The notes under the pieces: model-generated
Told to the model about the DNA's origin: nothing
Seen by the model: the letters and a program-made list of their open reading frames with translations, nothing else
Databases searched by the model: none
Shown here: in pieces, positions 25,168 through 32,000 of the stretch
Layout: every line of letters starts with the position of its first letter
Numbering within the stretch: the stretch's first letter is position 1
Source of the DNA: a bacterium
Lineage (GTDB): Bacteria; UBP7; UBA6624
DNA: 32,000 bases
Direction of reading: 5' to 3'
Assembly: GCA_002716355.1 (NCBI GenBank)
Contig: PBAU01000003.1
Coordinates: 120,001-152,000, forward strand
Made by a program: the position numbers and the translations under genes

Positions 25168-25836
25168 TTAGTTGTATGCCTTTATGTAATCAAGCTCAAT
25201 CGTAAAAGGGCCATCTTTCTTGTCAAAAAGCATGATTCCAAAGCTTGATAGACTCTTTGGGTTCAACCTTATCCCTGGTATCCTTCGTCCAAATGTGGTT
25301 GCGTAAAAACTTTTAAAGGGGATTCTCACCGTAACCCATTCATCCTTTTTTGTTTCCAATGGGTGCCAAAAATCGAATCTGCCTGACCTAGAGGTGAAAT
25401 AATACTTCCTTCCATCCCCCCTAACCTTCAGCTCTATCCCTTTCCAATCTGCAAGATCAAAATTCTCACCAAAGCTCCTTATTGACGAAAAACCACCATT
25501 ATTCTCAAGAGATATCGAACCAGTAAAAAACAAACAGGATTCATTTGTGACATAAACATCTCCACGTGATATGCCTCCCATGACACCATCATTCACGACG
25601 CTCCAAAAAAGAGATGAATCTTCTGTTTTGAAGTCAGCAATCATCCTGGTCTCCTTAAGCTCTTTTGGTTCTCCCGAATCGCCACTTAGGTTTTTAGATG
25701 GGGTTGGAAGTTCTGATGTTTTTATTTCAGGATCATCACTCCTGCTTAAATCATTCAAATCAAGTGATGCAAAAAACAAAAACATCACCAATACAACCAT
25801 TTCAACTAAACTTTTTGAATCAGATTCTTTTTTCAT
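25168..25836 (-). CDS. Exported CIA30 (complex I intermediate-associated protein 30-like) domain protein
   Basis: WSVVNDGVMGGISRGDV...FFTGSISLENNGGFSSIRS...GIELKVRGDGRKYYF. I place the start at ATG 25834-25836 (MKKESDSKSLVEMVVLVMFLFFASL). It is preceded by GGAGGG and does not overlap the upstream gene. The track's 25926 start would add 30 aa overlapping that gene. Confidence 0.75.
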   Translation of the reverse strand: MKKESDSKSLVEMVVLVMFLFFASLDLNDLSRSDDPEIKTSELPTPSKNLSGDSGEPKELKETRMIADFKTEDSSLFWSVVNDGVMGGISRGDVYVTNESCLFFTGSISLENNGGFSSIRSFGENFDLADWKGIELKVRGDGRKYYFTSRSGRFDFWHPLETKKDEWVTVRIPFKSFYATTFGRRIPGIRLNPKSLSSFGIMLFDKKDGPFTIELDYIKAYN

Positions 25837-25870
25837 TTCACCCTCCAAAAGGGTATATTCTAGATAACAA

Positions 25871-27028
25871 TTACAGAAATTCTTCTTTAACCGCAACGGA
25901 TAATCTACGATAATCAGATTTCTCATTGTAGATTTGAGCCGATATCCTTATCCACAAACGATCGCTTGGGTCTGTAACAGCAACCTCAACCTTATGCTTT
26001 TCCCATAAGCGCTTAACAATGGACACCCTTTCATCATCTCCGCCAGAAATGCTTCCAGGTATAGGGATTGGAACCATACTCGCAAACATCTTCCTTTCAA
26101 GATTAAGGTCAACATTCCATTCTTTTGCCAACATTTGAGCTGAATCCCATGCAAGATTGTGCATATATTCTTTCACATCACCACTACCAAAAGACTCATA
26201 AAAATCAATTGCGGAATTCACAGACAGCCATGGTGAAAAGTCTCTTGTGCCTTGCCAGAGAAACTCGGTGCTGTAGCCTTCTTTTCCGTGGTAACCCCAA
26301 GAAATAACGGTTGGATGTGTCTTTTCTTGCATCTCGGGTGATGTCCACAAAAGAGCGCAACCTTTTGGTGCATAAAGCCATTTGTGCGCGTTTGTAACAT
26401 ACCAATCAGCACCAAGGCTTGGAATATCAAGTTCAATCTGACCAATTGCATGGGCCCCATCTACAAAAACTTTTATGCCTTTATCGTGAGCCATATCAAC
26501 AATTTTCTTTACTGGAAAGATTGTTGCAGATGCAGATGCAATATGGTCAACCAATAAAAATCTTGTCTTGCTTGTTAGTGCTGATTCAATTGAATCAACA
26601 ATTTCATTTTCACTCTTTGCTGGAAAAGGAACAATTGCCTCTTTTACAATCGCTCCTGAATTCAAGGCTACAAAATCCATAGTTGCCCTAACTGCACCAT
26701 ATACATGACTTGTTGTAACAAGTTCATCTCCAGGCTTGAATTCAAGAGATCTTAAAACAGAATTTGCACCTGTTGTTGCATTGTCAACAAAAGCCATATC
26801 CTTTCCGCTTGCAGAAACAAAAGAGCCAGCCTTCTCAAGGGACTCTTCAACCAAGCCTTCCCAAACTTCTCTTCCTAAAAATCTGCAAGGCTGCTTTTCC
26901 ATCCTTTCCCTTATCTCATTTTGTTTTTGAAGAACAGAAATGGGGCAGGCTCCGTAAGACCCATGATTTAAAAATGCAATTTCTGGATCAATGTGCCATT
27001 TGTTGATTATCTTTTTGCCAAATTTCAT
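25871..27028 (-). CDS. Class V aminotransferase-fold PLP enzyme (isopenicillin-N epimerase / cysteine desulfurase-like)
   Basis: FLNHGSYGACP, VDNATTGANSV, DGAHAIGQ, and the PLP-lysine motif NAHKWLYAPKGCALLW. No signal peptide. Confidence 0.75.
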   Translation of the reverse strand: MKFGKKIINKWHIDPEIAFLNHGSYGACPISVLQKQNEIRERMEKQPCRFLGREVWEGLVEESLEKAGSFVSASGKDMAFVDNATTGANSVLRSLEFKPGDELVTTSHVYGAVRATMDFVALNSGAIVKEAIVPFPAKSENEIVDSIESALTSKTRFLLVDHIASASATIFPVKKIVDMAHDKGIKVFVDGAHAIGQIELDIPSLGADWYVTNAHKWLYAPKGCALLWTSPEMQEKTHPTVISWGYHGKEGYSTEFLWQGTRDFSPWLSVNSAIDFYESFGSGDVKEYMHNLAWDSAQMLAKEWNVDLNLERKMFASMVPIPIPGSISGGDDERVSIVKRLWEKHKVEVAVTDPSDRLWIRISAQIYNEKSDYRRLSVAVKEEFL

Positions 27029-27630
27029 TTTTTCTCAAATTCAGGATCTAAGAATCCTGCCTCACGCAAAGAGACATCTGCAACCAAGATCATTCCTTCA
27101 AAGTTTGAATCTTTTGACAAGTCTGATGAGTCTAACTGTCTGAAATTCCCTCTACCATCAATTACACCCCTTACATTCGGGGGATAGTCCATATAAAGTG
27201 TATCTTGGTCAGGTATCTCAAAGCAATCTCTAGATTGCGCTGGATAGTAATAGACAGAACAAGTAAAAACTAAGAGCTTATCACCAGGGGAAAGCCAATC
27301 AACCTGAGAGCCTAATACTTCAACATAAGCCAAGCCGCCTTTGAATTCGCCGATCAAAGGCCCCTCAACAACCAAATCCTCTGCTTTTTTTGTTTCAAGT
27401 TTTGATATTTTTGAAATCTTGTTTGCCATTTTTTCTATAGTGGCATTGACATCATGAGGATCGACTCTCAAGACATCAATAACATTTACTTCGGTGACGA
27501 TCAAGTTGTCATTTGATTTTGTTATCAAGCTTTGGAAGTTGCCTGGACGTCCAACAACATACAGTACAACAAAAACAATAAAAGCCACAAAAAGAACACA
27601 ACCTTTATTTTCCCAAAGAAAATCTAACAT
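27025..27630 (-). CDS. Hypothetical protein with a single N-terminal TM anchor
   Basis: ORF with a hydrophobic helix CVLFVAFIVFVVLYVV near the N-terminus. ATGA overlap with the downstream gene and a 6-nt gap to the upstream gene. No family recognised. Confidence 0.55.
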   Translation of the reverse strand: MLDFLWENKGCVLFVAFIVFVVLYVVGRPGNFQSLITKSNDNLIVTEVNVIDVLRVDPHDVNATIEKMANKISKISKLETKKAEDLVVEGPLIGEFKGGLAYVEVLGSQVDWLSPGDKLLVFTCSVYYYPAQSRDCFEIPDQDTLYMDYPPNVRGVIDGRGNFRQLDSSDLSKDSNFEGMILVADVSLREAGFLDPEFEKK

Positions 27631-27636
27631 TTAAAG

Positions 27637-29541
27637 TTATCTAATGCCTCTTCTTCCACCTTTTTCCGAACCTTCTTCATCCGATTCCTTCTCTACTTCT
27701 TTATTCATTTCAGAAACCTTTAAGTCTATAGCTTCAAGCTCATCCAATTCTCTAAGCCTCTCTTCAAGAAAAAGAATTGTTCTTCTGCCTTTTGAAATCT
27801 CTATAGATGGAACCTGAATGGTTTCTGAGCCAAGAACCCTTATTGAGTAAGTGCCTTCCAAAAGCCTCACTGGCTTCCCAACGGAACTAGATGCAACTAT
27901 TGATCCATAAGAGTCAAGAACGACAAACCCTTCACCCTTTTGCTCATCAGAAACAATCTCTAACTGACCACCATTCATGTTGACTTTAGCCAAATCTTCC
28001 AATAAAGAACTTAACTCAACCAAGGTTACAAAAGGATAAAAAGACCCTCCAGTTTCTTTTGTTAAATTCTTATAAGCAGATTGCATTTTAGAGCTCAAAT
28101 TAAAACCGAAAACCTCTAAAGTAAAGTCAGGAGAGTTTTTATTTAAAGCCCTTGCTATATCCCAAGGACTTTCACCACATGAATCACCTCCATCAGTAAT
28201 TAAAAATATTGATTTAGGACCAGGATGGTTCTTTAAGTCAAGATATGCTGACTTTAATGCTCTAGTCAAAGCAGATGCTCCTGATGGAACCATATCCTCC
28301 AAAGAGATTAGTGCCTTGTAGGGTTTGAAAGACTCTAATGGGTGAACGAGACTTGTAAGATTGCAGTCAGAATTTTCATTACTTCCAAAAACCCTAAGCG
28401 CAACAAGCTCCTCTTCCAATCCTCCCTGCAGAAACAAGTTCTCCAAGCCATTTAAAACTACTTTGTGCTTTGTGTTCCTCCCGCTTGAAGCATTAATATT
28501 ATCTAAAAGACTTTTCGAATAATCTACAACTATCTCCAATGCAGGCACCTCAAGAATTTCTTCAGCAATAGCGTTCGAGCCCTCGAGGGTAAACCCAGAA
28601 CCAGCTTCAAAAGCAATAGGCCCTATCTTTAACTCATTATCAACAATGGGCAAGACCCCTTCGACAAGAAGAGTTCCCGCCTTAACAAGGTTCGAGCTTC
28701 TATCAAAATAATTCCAAGTTCTTTCTATCTTGATCTCTTTCCCAGGGAGAATCGTATCTTTTTGTAGGGATTCTAAAAAAAACTGTCCTGAAGACCATTT
28801 CCATAAAACCTTACTTTGGTTTTTGTCATATACAACAAAGTCAAACTTTTGTGCTGAAGGATAATTTAAAAATTTTGCTTCTTCTGAAAGGTTCCTTATT
28901 ATCATTTCAAATCTAACTTTTGTTCTGTCGGGATTGGCTCTTAGCTCAATATTTAAACCATCCTTCTGATAACCTGGGTAAAAGACCTCGCCATTAATGT
29001 GAGCCTCTCTTAAAACATAGCTTCCCCAGGATCCATTTGGACTGTACCAATTTCTACTTATCACACCTAAGCCATCTTTTAGATTCCATTCATCATTCAT
29101 TTGGTTTTTGCAACCTTTGCATGCATGATACTTCATTGAATTTTCTAAATCCCACCCTCCTGCGTTCCCTGAAGAAACTGCATATGTTCTTGCCGCCTCT
29201 GGATCACCATATAAAAATGGCAGCTCTTCTCCTGAGGGGGTTCTGTAAAAATAACCTTTTAATTTTGAGTTGTATCTAACGTGAAATGTTTGAGACTGGA
29301 CAGGCCCTAAGGTACCGGGGTATCCAGCAACAACCCAATATGTATAACCATCCTTGATAACCCTGTCTACAACTTCAACCTCAAATAAAGAACTGGTCTG
29401 CCTGCCTGTAAGATTGCCTTTGAATTCATAAACCCACTTGTTGCCTACTTCCATTGGCCAAAATGGAGTTTGAGGGAATGTTGCATCACCTTTTCCAAAC
29501 GCAAGGACAAGCAGGAAAGATAAACTTATTAAGTTTTTCAT
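27637..29541 (-). CDS. Secreted multidomain protein: unknown N-domain + BsuPI-like (proteinase-inhibitor fold) domain + von Willebrand factor A domain + beta-sandwich + acidic coiled tail
   Basis: Signal peptide MKNLISLSFLLVLAFG. BsuPI-like VRFEMIIRNLSEEAKFLNYPSAQKFDFVVYDKNQSKVLWKWSSGQFFLESLQKDTILPGKEIKIERTW; compare B. subtilis Ipi [33 protein letters not shown], recalled from memory. VWA MIDAS-like VVDYSKS, VALRVFGS, SGASALTRAL, IFLITDGGDSCGESP. Confidence 0.7.
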   Translation of the reverse strand: MKNLISLSFLLVLAFGKGDATFPQTPFWPMEVGNKWVYEFKGNLTGRQTSSLFEVEVVDRVIKDGYTYWVVAGYPGTLGPVQSQTFHVRYNSKLKGYFYRTPSGEELPFLYGDPEAARTYAVSSGNAGGWDLENSMKYHACKGCKNQMNDEWNLKDGLGVISRNWYSPNGSWGSYVLREAHINGEVFYPGYQKDGLNIELRANPDRTKVRFEMIIRNLSEEAKFLNYPSAQKFDFVVYDKNQSKVLWKWSSGQFFLESLQKDTILPGKEIKIERTWNYFDRSSNLVKAGTLLVEGVLPIVDNELKIGPIAFEAGSGFTLEGSNAIAEEILEVPALEIVVDYSKSLLDNINASSGRNTKHKVVLNGLENLFLQGGLEEELVALRVFGSNENSDCNLTSLVHPLESFKPYKALISLEDMVPSGASALTRALKSAYLDLKNHPGPKSIFLITDGGDSCGESPWDIARALNKNSPDFTLEVFGFNLSSKMQSAYKNLTKETGGSFYPFVTLVELSSLLEDLAKVNMNGGQLEIVSDEQKGEGFVVLDSYGSIVASSSVGKPVRLLEGTYSIRVLGSETIQVPSIEISKGRRTILFLEERLRELDELEAIDLKVSEMNKEVEKESDEEGSEKGGRRGIR

Positions 29542-31010
29542 TTTTCCTCAGAAACAAGATCAATTAAAAATGGCAAATAGCCTAATGAACCTGAATCAAG
29601 CTTGTAAGGGGGGAAAATAAATGCTGGAGTGCCTGGCAAAGCTAAAGACTGGCCAATCTCTTTATCCTTGTTGACCCTCTCTTTTGCTTGAGTTCCACTC
29701 TTGCAAGATCTAAATTCCTCTATATTTAAGCCAAGCTCTGTTGCATACCTAACCAAATCACTACCAGAAAGAGCTTTTTGATTCGCAAAAAGCTTATCCT
29801 TGTACTCCCAAAATTTACCTTGCTCATATGCACATTCAGAAGCAATTGCTGCTTCATAAGCATTTTGATGCATTGGCAATGGATAATGATGGAAAGAATG
29901 AGATATAAGGCCAGTGTCTATAAAAGATTTTTTTAATGCAGGGTACTCTCTAATATTAAACGCTGCACAACCTGGGCACTCAAAATCCTCAAAAATATGT
30001 AAAGTTGGAGCATCAGGAGAACCTTCAAGGTGTCCACCTTCTATTTCACTCAAACCTTTAACCTTGTAAACACCTTCATACAATGTTCCTGAAAGAATTG
30101 AAAAAGACCCATGCCTTTCAATAAACTCTTCAACATTTCTTGGAACACTCACATTGTCAAGCATTATCAATGGAAGAACATCTGAATCATAAGCATCAAG
30201 GTATTGATCCCCTACAGGATCTCCAGACACCCTCCATTCAATATACTCAACCCCAAAAGCTCCTGCTATCTTATTTACAAAATTTTGAATTCTGCAGCCA
30301 TCGCAATCACCCTCAACAACAATAATCTTAGACTTTTTAGACTCAGAACTGTTATCAAAACCTTCAAGGAGCTCTAAAACCTGTGAAGCATCAATATTTG
30401 AACCAAGCATATAAGGACCGACCATTAAAAATGGCAACATCCTAGTTCTGATTGAACCATTTGAAGTGGCGATCTCTAAATCGCTTCCTCCAATGATTCC
30501 ATTGACAATCCTTTCCCTTTCAAGTTTTGCAGCATCAGCATTAACACCACTTTCAAGACACGACGCTAAAGAGTCTCTATCGCTTTCTGCAGCTATAGCC
30601 AAAAGTGATTCAAGATTTACAACATCCCCTTCAAGAGAGCTCCAAGTGTCATAAGAAGCAAGAGCATTAGTTTTGTATTCATTTTGTTTTTTAGCAGAGT
30701 CTAAACACATTGATGCCTCCATGATTTTCTCATCACTTTCGTAAACAGTTACAAAATCAAGAACAACATCAATACCCTCTTGAATTAAAGGCATGATTAA
30801 TTTATTAAAAGCCTCACTTCCACTTTTGTTTTCCCAATTGCTTGAAAAATAAACAACTTTTTCATCTGAATAAGTTATATCCTCAAAATTTACATGTGCA
30901 GGCTTTCCACTATCGGAGCTCTGCATCGAACCATCATTAGAAACAATGCCCTTCTCGTTTGAGCAAGCAAAGCTAAAAAAAACAATTAAAACAAAAAACA
31001 AATTTTTCAT
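29538..31010 (-). CDS. Probable lipoprotein with multiple thioredoxin-fold modules; C-terminal DsbA-family domain
   Basis: MKNLFFVLIVFFSFAC lipobox-like. The central module has a CxxC: IIVVEGDCDGCRIQNF. C-terminal DsbA-like motifs: HIFEDFECPGCAAFN ... LALPGTPAFIF. ATG at 31008-31010 shares 1 nt with the yqeY stop; the track's extra Met at 31013 is a TTG. Confidence 0.75.
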   Translation of the reverse strand: MKNLFFVLIVFFSFACSNEKGIVSNDGSMQSSDSGKPAHVNFEDITYSDEKVVYFSSNWENKSGSEAFNKLIMPLIQEGIDVVLDFVTVYESDEKIMEASMCLDSAKKQNEYKTNALASYDTWSSLEGDVVNLESLLAIAAESDRDSLASCLESGVNADAAKLERERIVNGIIGGSDLEIATSNGSIRTRMLPFLMVGPYMLGSNIDASQVLELLEGFDNSSESKKSKIIVVEGDCDGCRIQNFVNKIAGAFGVEYIEWRVSGDPVGDQYLDAYDSDVLPLIMLDNVSVPRNVEEFIERHGSFSILSGTLYEGVYKVKGLSEIEGGHLEGSPDAPTLHIFEDFECPGCAAFNIREYPALKKSFIDTGLISHSFHHYPLPMHQNAYEAAIASECAYEQGKFWEYKDKLFANQKALSGSDLVRYATELGLNIEEFRSCKSGTQAKERVNKDKEIGQSLALPGTPAFIFPPYKLDSGSLGYLPFLIDLVSEEK

Positions 31011-31450
31011 CAAATTCTCCTTTGAAGTATCTCCCGAACCTTTTTTCCATCTACATTTTGACCTTTAAGCCTAGCCATAACCTGTCCCATTATTGGACCA
31101 AAGTTACTTTTATCCTGAATTGAAGAAAGCACTTCGTCAACAATAGAAACAATCATATCTTCAGAAACCTCCTCAGGGAGAAACGGTTCGATGAGCTTGT
31201 ACCTTTTCAAAGATTCCTCGTAGCCTTCCTCTGAACCGCTGAGCTTGAATGCTTCCATTGATTCATTAAGCTGTTTGCATTCCTTCTTAACAACCTTCAG
31301 CACATCCTCTTCATTTAGGTCAGCCATTTTTTCAATTCTTGCATTTTTTATCTGAGCTCTAAGCATATTGAAAGTCTGGATTGAAAAATGATCTCTCTTC
31401 AATCTTGAAGATTTGAATGCCTCCTCGATTCTTTTGTATGTTTCTGACAT
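31010..31450 (-). CDS. yqeY: GatB/YqeY domain protein
   Basis: RIEEAFKSS..KRD....TFNMLRAQIKNARIEK...EEDVLKVVKKECKQLNESMEAFK...FGPIMGQVMARLKGQNVDGKKVREIL is the YqeY pattern. I prefer ATG 31448-31450 (147 aa, typical length, no overlap). The track's TTG at 31504 or the ATG at 31495 cannot be excluded. Confidence 0.75.
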   Translation of the reverse strand: MSETYKRIEEAFKSSRLKRDHFSIQTFNMLRAQIKNARIEKMADLNEEDVLKVVKKECKQLNESMEAFKLSGSEEGYEESLKRYKLIEPFLPEEVSEDMIVSIVDEVLSSIQDKSNFGPIMGQVMARLKGQNVDGKKVREILQRRI

Positions 31451-31463
31451 TAGTGCTACTATT

Positions 31464-31928
31464 CTATTCCTGTTCGTCAAGAGATTGTAAAACATAGGTT
31501 TCAAGCTGTTTTTTTATACCAAAACCCAGATAAGAGCTGGAATTATCAACAATTAAATTACACTTATCGACAATAAAATTAAAACTATCTGAAACCTTTC
31601 CTGAAGGCTTAAAGATATTCAAAAAAACAAAGCACAAAAGAAATGTATCATCGGCAAAGCCAATTGGCCCTAATGTATCCAAGATAAGATCATTTGGCCA
31701 GCAAAAATACGCTAAACTTGAATCTATAATTTTATGATGAGAAGAGAAGCTTGCAACCCTCTCCCTTCTTAGGATTTTAAAAATCTTTGCTGAAAAATTT
31801 AAAACATAATCAATATCTTGTGTAATTATTTTCTTTCTTTTCCATGAGTCTAAATTAGATTCAAAAAGATCAATATAAGCAATCATCTCTTTTTGATTGG
31901 GACATTTTCCATAATCTTTTATATCCAT
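31464..31928 (-). CDS. DUF1232 (YkvA-like) domain protein
   Basis: LAYFCWPNDLILDTLGPIGFADDTFLLCFVF matches the Y..P.DlIPD..P..G..DD core of DUF1232. Confidence 0.55.
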   Translation of the reverse strand: MDIKDYGKCPNQKEMIAYIDLFESNLDSWKRKKIITQDIDYVLNFSAKIFKILRRERVASFSSHHKIIDSSLAYFCWPNDLILDTLGPIGFADDTFLLCFVFLNIFKPSGKVSDSFNFIVDKCNLIVDNSSSYLGFGIKKQLETYVLQSLDEQE

Positions 31929-32000
31929 TTACCCAAAAGAAAAAATCAATTTGAAATTAACCCTGTAAAAACAATCGAATCTTCAAGATATTCTTCACTC

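Noticed and set aside
25837-25926. 30-codon N-terminal extension of the CIA30 ORF, as given in the track
   Set aside because: It overlaps the end of the upstream aminotransferase-like gene by 56 nt and precedes a GGAGGG-ATG start that yields a proper signal peptide. It is probably not translated.
31946-32000. Possible 3' end of another minus-strand gene at the right edge
   Set aside because: Two minus frames stay open to the edge: ...SEEYLEDSIVFTGLISN* ending at 31946, and ...VKNILKIRLFLQG* ending at 31957. With 17 or fewer codons I cannot choose a frame or a product, so I did not call it as a feature.
1-32000. Alternative genetic code (TGA recoding), CRISPR arrays, IS elements, rRNA/tRNA genes
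   Set aside because: TGA terminates several well-delimited genes (ispF, ispD, yacL, clpC, cysK, DsbA-like), often in ATGA overlaps, so the code is standard. No spaced direct repeats, transposase-like ORFs or structured RNA signatures other than rnpB were seen.

Overview
AT-rich, very gene-dense bacterial chromosomal window that uses the standard genetic code (TGA serves as a stop in several ATGA stop/start overlaps). I support 28 protein genes plus one RNase P RNA. 26 of the 28 CDS are on the minus strand. I found no rRNA, tRNA, CRISPR array, transposase or prophage genes.

Layout:
(a) 1-3538: 5' part of a very large secreted S8 subtilase. It runs off the left edge and is absent from the ORF track. 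It carries at least 8 tandem ~84-aa two-cysteine Ig-like repeats.
(b) 3589-3910: rnpB.
(c) 3910-19120: an unbroken 15-gene minus-strand housekeeping string. In transcription order: dsbD, DUF502, rmuC, PRX-like thioredoxin, cysK/CBS-like, cystathionine lyase, acyl-ACP-reductase-like oxidoreductase, clpC, carD, yacL-like PIN/TRAM, ispD, ispF, cutA, RNase H-like, ThuA+PQQ sugar dehydrogenase lipoprotein.
(d) 19119-23318: DUF4139 protein, UvrD/PcrA-like helicase and XerC/D-type recombinase, with almost no intergenic DNA.
(e) about 22.6-25.0 kb: a conspicuously GC-richer stretch holding the 3' part of xer, a small lipoprotein built from the same Ig-like repeat as the S8 protease, and an orphan prepilin-type (DUF1559-like) protein.
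(f) 25.2-31.9 kb: a translationally coupled minus-strand string mixing exported and cytoplasmic proteins (DUF1232, YqeY, multi-thioredoxin-fold DsbA lipoprotein, BsuPI+VWA protein, TM-anchored unknown, class V PLP enzyme, CIA30).

Nothing matches a characterised defence, toxin or secretion system. The best candidates for undescribed biology are the exported-protein modules in (e) and (f), the shared repeat family, and the non-cyanobacterial acyl-ACP-reductase homologue.

All homology calls come from motif recognition by eye and from memory; no searches were run. The taxon cannot be assigned from this window. It is probably a diderm, given DsbD/DsbA, lipoproteins and a pseudopilin.
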